Origin: Tubulanus polymorphus
Lineage: Eukaryota; Animalia; Nemertea
Length of the DNA: 64,000 nt
Direction of reading: 5' to 3'
Assembly (NCBI RefSeq): GCF_964204645.1
Contig: NC_134025.1
Location: forward strand, 24,780,299-24,844,298
The translations under genes and the position numbers were made by a program. Below, in pieces: positions 39,201-51,543 of this stretch. Positions within the stretch are counted from its first letter, which is position 1. Every line of letters starts with the position of its first letter. The notes below the pieces were generated by a model, which was not told the DNA's origin, searched no databases, and saw only the letters and a program-made list of their open reading frames with translations.

Positions 39201-42200
39201 AGTGCAGAGCCAAGTTGTGAGAGCCAGCGCATATGTTACCACTGGATCAGAATTGGTCTTTATCTCAAGATGAAAGGAAGACATAAGAAAAACATATTCA
39301 TATACATCAGCCACCTAATGCACAAGTGCTATTTCATAGATACAAAAACAAGTTTTTAATCTATCATACGCAAAATATATCGACTACCCATTAATGCATG
39401 CATGCAAGCTTCCAGACATAGGCCTAGGCTACGAATTGAACTTTTTAATTCGGGAACTACGAAACATCTTTTTCTTAAGCTTTGATCAAGCCAACGTATT
39501 TTTTACATCTAAGTTAGCCTGACATACAAAAGAATTGAACAAAGCGGAGACTCGTAAAAACATACCCGTTTATCTGAAGCAAGTATTTGAAAATTGCGCA
39601 TAGTTCAGTAGTCTGCGATTCCATTCATTACGGTATACAAACTGTATGCATGAAAACTACATTTGATACATGATAAATGACATTTTCATCATCCTCTTCT
39701 GCGGTATTCCTGCGCTTCTTTTCACAGATAGCAAGTAGACGGAAGCGGCTCACGTACAACTATAAACCAAGGAACGACTTCAAGACCCCCTTACTCACGC
39801 GGTTGTTTGTACAGCCTACACGCCAACACATTACTTTACACAGGTTTCCACAATTTATGAAGATAACTCAATAGTTGATCATAGTCGATGATACGAAAAC
39901 ATTCATGATATTGTTTTAAACAATAATAGTTTGTACATTTTCATCAAAATAATCTGCTTGCGGATCAACATGTCCATCCAATCAATAGACGCAGTTTGAT
40001 CAAACATCTTTAATGCTCAAGGCTTGCTTAGGTAGCAACGGGGAGCTGACATTAATATATATATTGTGGTTAAAATTTTCAGCTCAACCTCTAGATTGGG
40101 CACTGTTATGTTTCCTATAAGAAGGGAAGGGCTATGGTTTTTAGATGCATTTCAGGAGTGTCCACCACCACATCACTGCAAGCTCTACATCAAATTCAAA
40201 TAGATTAGAACACTAAAACGGCAATATCTTCTAACAGGATATGTATAATCAGGACTGCCCTAGAGATGATTGCGGTTAACCACCAATTTTCAGGTTAATT
40301 TAGGAATAAAAAGGCTTGGTCCACTTAAGGAGATATTGTACACGCGTGCTTATATAAATAAAGGAAATGGCTGAGATAAAAAATGTGCAAAATTCACAGT
40401 ACGCATTCACGACGAAAAATTCATACCAAACCAAAACAGAAAGGGGACATAAAAATAATAACATTAATTTCAATTCTTGTTATTCAACAAATTTCGCGTC
40501 AACAGTTTCGATGAATTATATTTGGAGCTATGAAATTAAATACAGCTGAACAACAGATGAAAGTCTTTGCCATAAAACTACGGTAAACCAGACAAACGAA
40601 TAAAACCTGTTAATGCTAAAATTAAACCTCAGCTATACTAACGTTTCCGCGAGACGAAAATGTTCTTCGCATTAAAGCTTTTTATGTTAATAACACAACT
40701 CCATCTATCTTTAACTATTATAACCATTTCTATAGTCGTCACTCGCCAGACATTTTGGCGAGAAATATTCATGCCTAATCAAGAGCTTCAGTCTACTAAG
40801 AGCAATTTAATGAATTTAGAACGATCGCAAGACTAGTGAATCTTGGGTTTATGAATGCGTGGACATGTGTAATGGCATCATTTCACTGATCATTTGTATG
40901 CCCGCAAATACTGGGAAGGATCTGTTGCCGCAACAAACTATTAGGCCTATGATTTTCTCTTTTTTTTCAAAAAACTGCTGACGATTATCAATAAATTTTC
41001 ACAGCCAAAGTTGTTCCATTCATTCATTAGACAAGAGTTGTGTATTCGAATCTAATGTCGAAAATGTAATTGATGAAGTGAACATTAGGCCCTATATTAA
41101 TGCACGGTGTCCACAAGTGTTGAACTCTACATATCATGAAACCATAATTCAGTTATAAATCCGTCATAACTTCCGTGAATGAAAACCATTAGGGATTTCC
41201 GAAATTATTCTTCTAATTATGATAAATTTGCATGGCGCACATATTTAGAACATATGTCACTTGAATATTGAATTTCCGAGGCAAAATATTCAATATTTCA
41301 CTCGAATATGTTTGAATTGATATTTTCGGTATGATTCAACTCCAGTGGTTATTTGTATATATTTGAAGCTTATTTTGATTAAACAATCGCTTCATAATAT
41401 CAATAATGATTTTCAATTGCAAATTTGCGATAAAAATGGTCATATTATTGCTATGCTTGTAGGCTACGATAAGAAAGCAATATCATAAATTTTCATACAT
41501 ATTCCGATAGATATCAATCTGCCCAACAGATCGTGATACTTGTAACGAAATGTTAACTGAATGGCTCTTTGTGAGTTGATTGTAAGCGATGTTCATGTTT
41601 GCGTTGTTCAAGACTGAAGTCTCAGTCTACGAATCAACTGCCATCAGAGTATTGAAGAAAAAAATCATTGCTCTACGATGAGGGGCACGCAAAAGGCGTG
41701 TACCCGGTGTAGTCAAGAAACTGATTCCGTAAACTGTACTGATGATAAGATGTAAAGATCAGTTTCAGTTATTTCATTAACACCACGGATGATCGGCTAA
41801 TAATACTCTTACATTAGAAGCTAATTTCACCGCGATACAACCACTGAGAACGTCTGGTTGCGAACACTGACTCAACCGGTAACCTCTCGAGGCCTGTGGG
41901 ATTCGATTATACGCCTCAACACGGACATCAACATATCGGGCAAACGAGAGTGCGCCAGGACTAACTGACACTTCACTGAGAATTAAATCTTCTTACTCAT
42001 AAATTCATCTCGAAAATCTCGCCACTAATCGCCGAGCCCTGATGGAGATATTCTGGCTTCTCAGTTCAACTCAAACTCCATCAGCGAGTAACTGATCCCC
42101 GATGTTGAATACTGGTCAACAATGCTTCATATTCTTCAGATATATTAGAAAATAAGAGTAAATAGAGTAAATACGAGCTCTGTTTAAACCTAGTGTAATG

Positions 42201-45200
42201 AATGACTGAGAAAACATGTTTCATCCATCTATGACTTCATATGCGTGTCCAGATCTTGTAACAAATAAAGCTTTATTAACTAAATAGGAAAACAACAAAC
42301 ACGTCAATGACTTCTTTCCACTAAGAACATTTCAAAGACGGGCCAAAAATGCTGGTGTGATCGCTGCCAATGTCAGTGATACTGTGCACAACCATAGACT
42401 TGTCATTCTAGAGTCGACGGTATAACTTGCACAGCGTCATGAGTAAATCAAATTGACTGCGTATATAGCAACATTTGTATCTGTCAGTTTATCAGAACAT
42501 TTAGGCGCAGTGCTTATTTTATACGCACATATATAAATACTTCAGTGGCAAAGTTTATTGCTGTCAACATATGAAAATATTCCAGAAACTCCAGCGTTGT
42601 AACCAATTATGCCGACTGAAGCTGCTACAATTATAAATCATTTTGACAAAAAATGTATAAATTCTATCCAAGAGGATCTACAAATAATGACAAAGAATGT
42701 TCAAAGAACATTGAATATCTACATCTATCTCCTATACAGATATATCAGAATGAAAATACATTTGATAGGCCCTACTGTCAAGGAAGAAATTCATTAGAAA
42801 ATCCTTTTTGATTTTTTTCATTCTTATAACATCTAGATCCAGTTCCACACTTTGTGAATTAAGATTTGGATCGCAAGATTTGGTTTACTCTTTGAAAATG
42901 AACTGATTTTTCACTGAAGGTTAACTCGTTTAACTCAAAAATGTGGAACTGGACCCAATAGACATATTCATCTAACTTAGTGTCAGAAGCATTAATCATA
43001 ATAACCGATATTTCACGTAACACAAAAAAAGAATACAGAGAAATGTTGAGTAACCTCTTCACTAGTGAATGGATGAGTGAATCTCTAATCGTAGCGTTCA
43101 CATGATGTTTAATAAGGAGAAAATGCTACTTTTAAGGCTCAATGACTTTGCACAAGACTGACTCACAATAGAGAGATTCTTGTCAGACTCCCACGTAAAA
43201 ATAGATACCTAGGCTATGAACGAAGATTTGAAAAATTTTCGATTATGAAAAGCCAAAGCCCAACGAATTCAAGTGCGTATAAACTAAACTTTCGGGAAAA
43301 CATGAAAATCAGACTTACTCGTGTATATCAGGCATATAATCGAATGCATCCGGTGGTATAGCGCAGCCAAATATCGCGCGCTCTTCCTCCAGCAGTTTTT
43401 GCACTTCATTAGCGCTGAGTATCGTGGGCTGTTCGACACCACCTCCACACGTCTGCACCATGGGCACTTTCCCCGGATACATCCTAGTGGAGAGCCCATT
43501 GAAATCCTGCTGCTGGTGCTGCACCGTACTGCTGTTATTCGCTAATGTTTCCAGTGTCCGGCTGTCCTCCGACTGCCCGCAGACAGTCAGTCAATAATAA
43601 ACTTGAAACCTGTATAAACAGCCCTTTCAACGAGGCACTCAACAGTTATAATTCTAATTCAGAAGCTCGTAAAGCCATGTCATTGATAACGCATACGTGT
43701 GTACTTCATAGATTCAGCGGTCCTTTACTAAAACACGCATACGTACATGATGCTGATGTAAACAATAAAGTTTCTACATTTAAAAAATCCTTTGTCATCA
43801 ACGATAGCTGTCAGTCACACTGCCTGCTACACCGGGTGCCAACTGTCATACAAAGCGACAACAATAGCGGCAAATTTCAAATCCATTGTTTTCATGTCTA
43901 ATATCGTTTCACTCTAACATCATCACGCATGAATGAACAGCATTGTCGTCCGATGAAGAATATTCAACGTCCCTCCTCGATGTCACACGATCGACTTCAA
44001 TCTGATCTTATTTCCAACAGGCAAATTTATCTACGATGATACTACGTACTAGAACGTAACAACTATCAGACAATCAGTAAACTGACTGAAGAACCGACGG
44101 GGAACCAGCACGCTGCAAAATGTACAGATCAATATTCCGCATCCGAACTACTAGCTCCTCACTCGCTGGTGGAAGCTACCCAACCAGCATTCGTTTTGTT
44201 TACGTACATCACATGGTCAGGCGAGTCAGTTTCAAAGAGAACTCATTAACTGCCTAATTACAGTAGTAATTACCGGTTCTATAGCGTAACCTCGTCTACT
44301 TCGGGTTGGAAAACAGTCGTGTCGCGTCGTAACAACCAGTCGATCTACGATGTGTCAAAGCCGTGAATATAACACGTGAATAATAACAATGCTTACGAAT
44401 TGATGTTCGCCACAGCAGCATCGAGGAAAAAAGGTGACTCAAACCCTTCTTATACCAATCTATAAGTGAGCCAACCATTAAGCGGATCAGGTGCGATACC
44501 ACGTGCCTCATATGCTCTCGGCTGAACTTTTACACCAGGTAATGCTGTCCCTATCGGCTTTTAATATCCATAACAATAACTCTACCATCATCTCTTAACG
44601 AGCGGATGACTAAAACTAAATCGTGGACAATATCTGATGCAATTTTCATAAACAAAATCTGTTGATCGGAAAGCCTTTCAAAGATAATAGGTCATAAGCC
44701 TATTCGAGGGGTCTATTCGAACATAGGTCTATGTATCAGTTTAGCTTCTCCCGGTCTTAATTACTTCAAATGCTTTCACTTTTGATTCGATTAAAAAGTG
44801 ATAACGAGGAAGGAACGAAATCGACTTCGCCGAGGGATGCGGATAATCCCATTAACGACGATGAGAATGCGGAAAATGGCCGAGACGATCGAACAAACAT
44901 CGAAGCGTAGCAAAATCCGGCGTTATTAAACAAATTGCGACGGCGGTGACTCGGGCAAGCCGGTGCTACGCTACGACGTGAAGAGTACTGTCAACAATGA
45001 CGAAACATTGCAGCCTTTTCTATATAATCCTGAACCAAATTTCCGCCAAACTAATGGCGTGTATTGGAGCTCGGACGAGAGAAACATGTCATAAATCATC
45101 TCTCGAGAACGTACGCGGATCGACAGGAAAATACGAAAGCTAAGTCCTAAAGCGAAATTTGTCACCGCTCGAAGCTAGGACATGCGCGTGGCAAATATTT

Positions 45201-47856
45201 AAACACGTTGCAAAAATTTACTCGTACAGTTTTGATGAATGATGCAATCAACATAAGACCCATCACATGCTTTCAAGTTTTGTATGAATAATTCAATATA
45301 CAATTACATGAAGCAGAGATTTAACAAAATTTTTCATACAGAGCTCTTCACCTTTGGGAACCTAATGGGAACATAAATATTCTTCGCTCTCATCTTAAAA
45401 AGGAATCCTTTTGAAAGCCGGCGATTTTCCACAAAATTGTTACCTATTGCTATGATATGTCTTCAAAATTTGTCAATTAATTTTAGTCTTTGATTATGCA
45501 CGACTATCAAGGCTCAATTCATACAATTCTAGAAAGTATCTCCTCAGGATATGAGATCCTCTATTGTCAGTATCCTGCATCTAAGTTTGGTGGTATCCCG
45601 GTTTGCTTTGAATTGAACTTCTAATTAACTAAACACAGGAAAGCACTAATCAAACATCGTCTAATGGTGAAATCAGAAATATAGTTTCAGATCAAGTTTT
45701 AGTATCTCAACAATAAATCAATTACCCTCAGGATACCAGAATGCTGCTAAAATGGAGCCCTGGCCGAAGAGTTTACAACGAGCCATCATGTCGGTTCTTC
45801 TAATTTCTAGTTCATAAGACCAGTGGCAGATGGCGGCACTAGCCAGCTTGAAAGGGGAAACTACCGCGATGCTCAGATCTCACTCGGTACAGAAAACATT
45901 TAACCAAATGAAATCTGTAATCGTTATTGAAAAGAAATGTCATTATAGGTAGAGGCGTTGAATGAATCCTAATGAAGCAATCAAAGCAAAATCATTTATC
46001 AATATTAATGTGACATTTTCCGATTGACATCTCTCAATCAACCCGGTACTAACAACCCTCTGACCACGACAACCAGTTCTTGATAATTGACGGGTAGCGT
46101 GAGAATAAAAATTCCTTTTCATTTCATTGTTTTTTCAAAACGTGTTTAACCGTGCATGCGATAGGCCTAAATGGTATCATTCATACATCACAACAGATCG
46201 ATGTACTTTAGAGTCAACCATGAATACCTCAAAGAAATTAATATTGATTTGAATAAATCATTCGTCAATAATCAGATAATAATATTTAAGATCCTCACCA
46301 AACAAAAACATTTTCCAGTCGCCAGAGATATTATAGGGCCAAGCAATTCACGACTATTGGAATCAGTGAATAATGATAAAAACTGTCGCCTGCCAGAAAT
46401 TGTTTCTAGCATTTCACAGAGACTAAAACTGGATAATCGTAGCCAAACATGCAAAATACAATAGGCTAACTGACATTAAGCTCTTGGTAATCCTCTTACA
46501 GTGGAAGCTAGTTAGGAAAGTGATTGATAATCCCAGGGAACCTGTCTCCATGTGATCTTGCATAGACTGGAAGGTCCCACAAAACTCAAGACAATTCCAG
46601 TAACTACATGTCCATTTAGGAATTTAGGAACTGCTTAAGTTAATTTAACATTTGAGGCTAAAACAATGGTTAAACATGAAAATGACTGATCTATACCCTG
46701 ACAATGGAAATGGACCCATTCTGCATTTTGAAAACCTTGCTATGCACGCCAATGAATGGAAATTCCAAAATTGATCAAAGATAAGATCTCTTCAAAGAAA
46801 ACCGTGGGAAGTATCTACTACTAGAATATTCTTATGGAAAACGAAATCTTAAATTCCACGCAAGACAGTAATTCAAGTGTTCTATTATGCATTTACAATG
46901 CGCATCCGCCCTTCAGGTAGCTGAACGACTTAATGAACTAAGATTACGGCGTATATCGTCACGCACTCATCGCCATTGCCATCGATTTTTATTGATATCG
47001 CAAATTGGCAGCGCAATAATATAAACAGTTTTTCTTGGTTTTGCTTGCTTCTTTCTATGAAACCTATTCATCGACAATCGACGTGTAATTGATGACTAGG
47101 CTAAAAATAGATGTTGATTAAGAGACTAAGTAGAAATTGACATAAATGAGAATCTTGCCATTACCAGTTTGGTGCAATGCAAAACTGCAGCTTAGGTGCC
47201 CGTAAACATAGCCTAACTCTAACTAGATGCTAAATTTTGGGCTCAACTAACTGCTTACCAAAACATCTTACCTCAAAAGAAATATTGATCTTTCTATATC
47301 ATTTAATTGTTCATCTACAGTTAATTTTTCAATTTCCTCTTGAGTCTGCAAAACGAAAAAAAAATCCATTCTTTTTACTCAAAACAAAAACCAGAAATTT
47401 TGGGAGTAAAAATAGGAAAAAATGCTAATTTATAGTGAATTACTATTTTAAGTTGACGAACAAGGGCTTCAATGTAATTTAATTAGCCTTCTTATCCACA
47501 AAGAACAGGCACATGATGACGGATTGGTTTTTTACACTCTTAAATGAGTAGGCCAAAAATAATGCCAATGAGGCATTTTGACAAGCCAAGTTGGATTTGG
47601 CTTTTCAACTGTCATGTTTTTGTTGGCGACTAGGCCAACTTTTCATTCACTCCTCAATGACACTGCAATCATGTTATCACATTTAATTTCTCTATGCTGA
47701 TATCTGCATATACTGTTAGGCCTAGCTGCGGTTCTCTAAGATATAAATTGGTAGCGGATTTGCGGCGTACAACAAATATACCTTGAGATCTTTGATCGTG
47801 CGCTCTTCGAGTTCAAGTTCCCGTAAATCTTCCAAAATTGAACTTTCAAGCGCCAT
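18220..47856 (-). CDS. PPP4R4: Serine/threonine-protein phosphatase 4 regulatory subunit 4 (HEAT-repeat), more than 20 exons
   Basis: Exons 47856-47782, 47345-47272, 37101-36999, 30416-30269, 27141-27068, 25363-25257, 24211-24104, 23412-23291, then a dense cluster from about 22500 to 18609, and a likely last exon 18244-18220. Translation EDLRELELEERTIKDLKTQEEIEKLTVDEQLNDIERSIFLLSSGQDVQ, KGQLSQSVQSRLSCCRILGK, SLCQDVDYEVRGCMC, NNWRLHEELL and LASDQVPNVRLRLC matches the recalled PPP4R4 sequence, followed by a coiled coil and a Ser-rich tail. Confidence 0.92.
19369..19380 (-). CDS. PPP4R4: Candidate 12-nt PPP4R4 microexon
   Basis: ttcag|GTTGAACAAAAA|gtgagt in a phase-2 intron; adds 4 residues in frame. 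Confidence 0.6.
22650..22710. repeat. Perfect inverted repeat, 26-bp arms with a 9-nt spacer
   Basis: agaacagtttagataatgttctagac (22650-22675) / gtctagaacattatctaaactgttct (22685-22710). Confidence 0.9.
27864..27930 (+). other. 17-bp inverted repeat overlapping a degenerate hammerhead-ribozyme-like core
   Basis: attagccatcatcaggc / gcctgatgatggctaat; the right arm continues as CTGATGA-T-GGCTAA-tagtct-TTAGCC-GAAA. Confidence 0.45.
31668..32147 (-). CDS. PPP4R4: Candidate alternative first coding exon of PPP4R4 (160 aa, acidic/disordered)
   Basis: 170-aa ORF in intron 3 with an in-frame upstream stop. A donor TGG|gtaggt at 31668 is phase 0, matching exon 4 (GAG GTG CTG). Confidence 0.6.
39566..39624 (-). 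CDS. PPP4R4: Candidate alternative first exon of PPP4R4 (MESQTTELCAIFKYLLQING)
   Basis: ATG with an open frame to GG|gtatgt, phase 2, matching exon 3. Confidence 0.4.
43319..43482 (-). CDS. PPP4R4: Candidate alternative first coding exon of PPP4R4 (MYPGKVPMVQ...LLEEERAIFG...DIH)
   Basis: GC-rich exon-like block with an acceptor at 43609 and a strong GA|gtaagt donor; phase 2 matches exon 3. Confidence 0.55.
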
Positions 47857-48336
47857 GTTTACAGCGTCAACCAGAAGCAATTATTAGTCGGTAATCCCAC
47901 ATGTTACTGCATGACTTCTATTCGGTTTTCGGTCGTGCTGTGATGTGATGGAGCGCCGTAAAAAGCGAGCAGCATTTCAAGAATTCAACTTACAGAAGAG
48001 TTAGCGTCATGTAGTCACGGCCGCCATTAAAAATGACAGCGACCACAACATAAATAGAAAGCGCAAACCGTCACCTGAAACGACGACGCGTGCGGGCCGA
48101 GCGACGAGCTCTAATAACACGAAATTCGGCGCGGAATAGCTCATTGATATGAAAATACGTATTAGGGTATCAAAATAACAATTCATTGAAGCTAAAATAG
48201 GGAATGGAAGCTAAAATAGTGAATAAGCTTATAGTCAGGGTCCAACAAAATTTTCATGTTCCACTTGCTGTAGTAGGTCCTCTTTTAAAAGCAGCTGGGG
48301 CCTAGTTTGAGTCACACTATTAATACCATGAATCCG

Positions 48337-48418
48337 ACAGTGGTTTTAAATCTCAAGACTGATCTTAAGTCGTAAGATTGGATATAGAACTAAGATGGTC
48401 TTTAATCTAAGCCATGTC
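48337..48418. repeat. Degenerate inverted repeat (MITE-like) between the PPP4R4 promoter and the PRORP 3' end
   Basis: gacagtggttttaaatctcaagactgatcttaagt resembles the reverse complement of actaagatggtctttaatctaagccatgtc. Confidence 0.4.
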
Positions 48419-48516
48419 TGCAACTGACTCCTACGTGCGATGAAGATTGGTGTATAGATAGATTAGATAGAAATATCCCATTCGAAATTGATAAAAGTAA
48501 ATCATTTCATTTAACA

Positions 48517-50862
48517 TCATCTTTTTATTTCATTTCTTTGTATACAAATCCATGAATTTGATTCTTTGTAGGAGGGTCTATCACTTCCATCGTCAAAAGG
48601 AATATGCCATGAGTCGCTACTCTGTTGCGCTAATACAACATGTTTCACTGGATACTGAAAGAGAAATTGAAGTCCATCATTATTAGGGCATGAAAAGAAC
48701 TAAGTAATTTTATTCAATCTAGAGTCCAGTCAAATTACCTCCAGTTTTAAAAAGTCTCTCCCTCGCATTCCAAGAAATTCTATCTGTCGAGCCCTTTGCC
48801 ATGACTTCAGAACGCGGGCTAGTTCGGGCCCAAGTAAAAATCGGTGATCTCGCAACTCATCGCTAGTTACAATATTCGTATTCATTCCGCTGTATAAAGC
48901 CGCATACAGAAGAAATGGATCATCCTGAGATCTGGAAGATGAAACAACAGGAGTATTACTGTGTATGTCAATAGGATAGATATTTTTTGGAATCTTTTCA
49001 TGGGGGAAAGATAATTTCCAGCAACTAAACATGTTTTGTGGTACCATGATCTACGAAAGGTGAATAAATGAGAAATAAAGTTATGTACATATTACTGGCA
49101 TAGAAGACATCAGCGATCTGTTCAATTTGTTTCATTTCTTTCCACTGTCTCTGCATGTGATGTCGGCCAATAACCAACACCTTTTTATTCTGTCTTTCAG
49201 AAAAATATATAACCAACTTTAGCAACTGAAATAGATAACATTGACAAAAAGTTCAAAATACATGTCCAACTACCAAATTCCTTTCAGCAGTAATTCAGAC
49301 TTACAACACTGGAAAGTGGTCGTCCACAATGTTTAAAAGCAATATTCAACCCATCAACGACAATGTCAAATGGTGCTTTCTTTTCCAGAAACGATTTGAA
49401 ATCGTCCAACTCTGAAGGATTGCTTTTCAAAAAAACATCTCTTCCAATAATTGACCTCTTCAAAAATCTGTCTTGTAGCTGTCGAAATGTATCCTGGTTC
49501 AACGAATATCGTTCCATTTTATGGCGACATGCCAAGCAAATACTCCTTAAAAATCATAACAAATCATCTACTACTTCAGTGATCTCAGCTTCAATACAAA
49601 GTTTCACTGGGATTTCACAAAATATTGGTTATCGCACATTCTCACATTCTCATTTACCTATTATCCACTGATGCCAGTTCCGCATTCCAATCATCAGAAA
49701 TCCTAGCGAAAATATCAAGTTTCAAGTGTGAACAACATTACAGAGAGAGAACTATTGATTTTTCAGATCTAATAAGGACAAAGAATATGAACCTTGAAAT
49801 GCTATTAACCAACTTGTTTGCAAAATCCGATGATGGGTACCATTCATACTTCCTCAATAATCTAAAAGCATGTTCCACATGTTGCATGTCTTTGATTTGC
49901 AAGGCTGATTCTAGTAATGTCAATAGTACGTTTGACCTCAAATAAATGCCATCAGTGGCCATTTGTTCCATCAGATCAAAACCTGAAAACGAAAATTAGC
50001 GTGGTTCAACATAAATAAGTACACGCACAATATTGGCTTGATCAGTCTAAATTCATAAAATTAAGTGGTATTGGATGGATACAGAGGCTTACAAGATATC
50101 AATTGCATTATTCCAATAACAATACAAACCTATTTTGAAATCGTTTTCTCTGAAAGCACTGTCTATTATTTCATGGTATTGAGATGCAGTCGGCGTACTT
50201 GAAAATCGCACCATTTCCAATATGCTTAAACAGTCTTTCCAGCGCACAGTTTTTGAAAGTCCTTTGATAACGTCAGATGCCGTATTTATATCGAAAACTT
50301 GTGTCTTTTCTTTGAGAAGTTCATAACTTTCTAAAATTTCATCTACTTCGTTCAACTTTGATATACTTAATAGCACCATATATTTACTGAGGAATGTTAT
50401 GTGCACATCGGGCAAATCGGTTTGCGCCATTACGAATTCCTTCAAAGATTTCCCTCTCGCAATATGCCTCAGGGATCCGAAATACATCATAAATGTAGTG
50501 GGCCAAATAGTACGAAGTATTTCAGGGATTCTTTGCGATTTGACCAAATTCTGAATGCTAGTCCATTCATCAATTGTCATATATTTATCCCCCTCATCAG
50601 CCATGCTGATTGACAGATTTGTAAATTCTTCATTACGAAATGCTGATGCTAGAAGATTTGGTGGAGATGACTTGCGATGAGATGCACTTCCATAGCCTTT
50701 TTTTCTTGAATTTTCACGTAGGACACTGTTTGTTGCGTACCATCTAGGCCTTAGCCGAGCGATGCTGAATTGAACAGTTAAGGGCATCGTTTTCTTGCAG
50801 AATCTCGTCAGAGGCACACCCTGCCTTAGAATCCATGTTGAGATCTGTCTGGTAAGGAACAT
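48517..50862 (-). CDS. PRORP: Mitochondrial ribonuclease P catalytic subunit (PPR + NYN domain), 7 coding exons
   Basis: Exons 50862-50130, 49982-49793, 49702-49658, 49545-49305, 49225-49089, 48931-48739, 48654-48517. Arg-rich mitochondrial-targeting-like N terminus, PPR-like helices, CxxC (CLAC), APFDIVVDGLN, VLVIGRHHM, SQDDPFLLYAALYSG, IVTSDELRDH, WHIP and WIC. Confidence 0.95.
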
Positions 50863-51181
50863 TGTAACAATGCCCTAGAAAAAAATCTTTTAAACGTATA
50901 TAATATTACTATTAGACATTATTGGTATTGTTTGGTAATTAGCACAATTTTCAGGCACAATCAAAAATTACGAATAAAATGCATTTCCATACTTTATTCA
51001 CTGTTGTTCCATCGATAAACTAATTAAATTAGATAGTTTGTATGTATAACTTACCAATGATACGCCTTAGATAACTGGCTTACTCAGCAAATGAATATTA
51101 TTAGAAGAAATTCCGAAATTCCATGCATGTGTTGTGTTGACTGCTACGACGACGGCTCCACATACTTTCAGTATCGCGCGC

Positions 51182-51190
51182 TGATTGGTC
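51182..51190 (-). promoter_or_regulatory. CCAAT box in a CpG-containing patch upstream of PRORP
   Basis: gaccaatca on the minus strand, just upstream of a probable non-coding first exon (donor gtaagt near 51054). Confidence 0.35.
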
Positions 51191-51426
51191 GCGGTTAAAC
51201 TCATGTTTTTCTTATTCTTATAAATCTATTTCGCTATTTTGTCATCTATTGTTTGTCTCTGCCGTTACTCTCTCCTCTGTTTAAATCACTATGTATAATA
51301 CTTTAATAAACAACAGCTGATTAATTAGTCCAATAAAGTACTGAATTGAATTTGGTAAGTGGGCGTGTGCTACTGTGCTTGTAAACACAATACACGTGCT
51401 TAATCCCATTGACAGTTGGTGGATCA

Positions 51427-51543
51427 ACAGGGACTTGACACAAAAGGATTTTGACCCCAGTATCCTAGGTACTATATAGAAAGTCTTTTTATATATAGTA
51501 CCTTGGATACTGGGGTCAAAATCCTTTTGTGTCAAGTCCCTGT
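51427..51543. mobile_element. Foldback/MITE-like palindromic element, copy 2 (near-perfect 117-bp palindrome)
   Basis: acagggacttgacacaaaaggattttgaccccagtatcctaggtactatata pairs with tatatagtaccttggatactggggtcaaaatccttttgtgtcaagtccctgt with one mismatch. Confidence 0.85.

Noticed and set aside
992-50862. Functional clustering of tRNA-related genes DTD1 and PRORP
   Set aside because: They are about 46 kb apart with unrelated genes between them and act in different compartments; probably coincidence.
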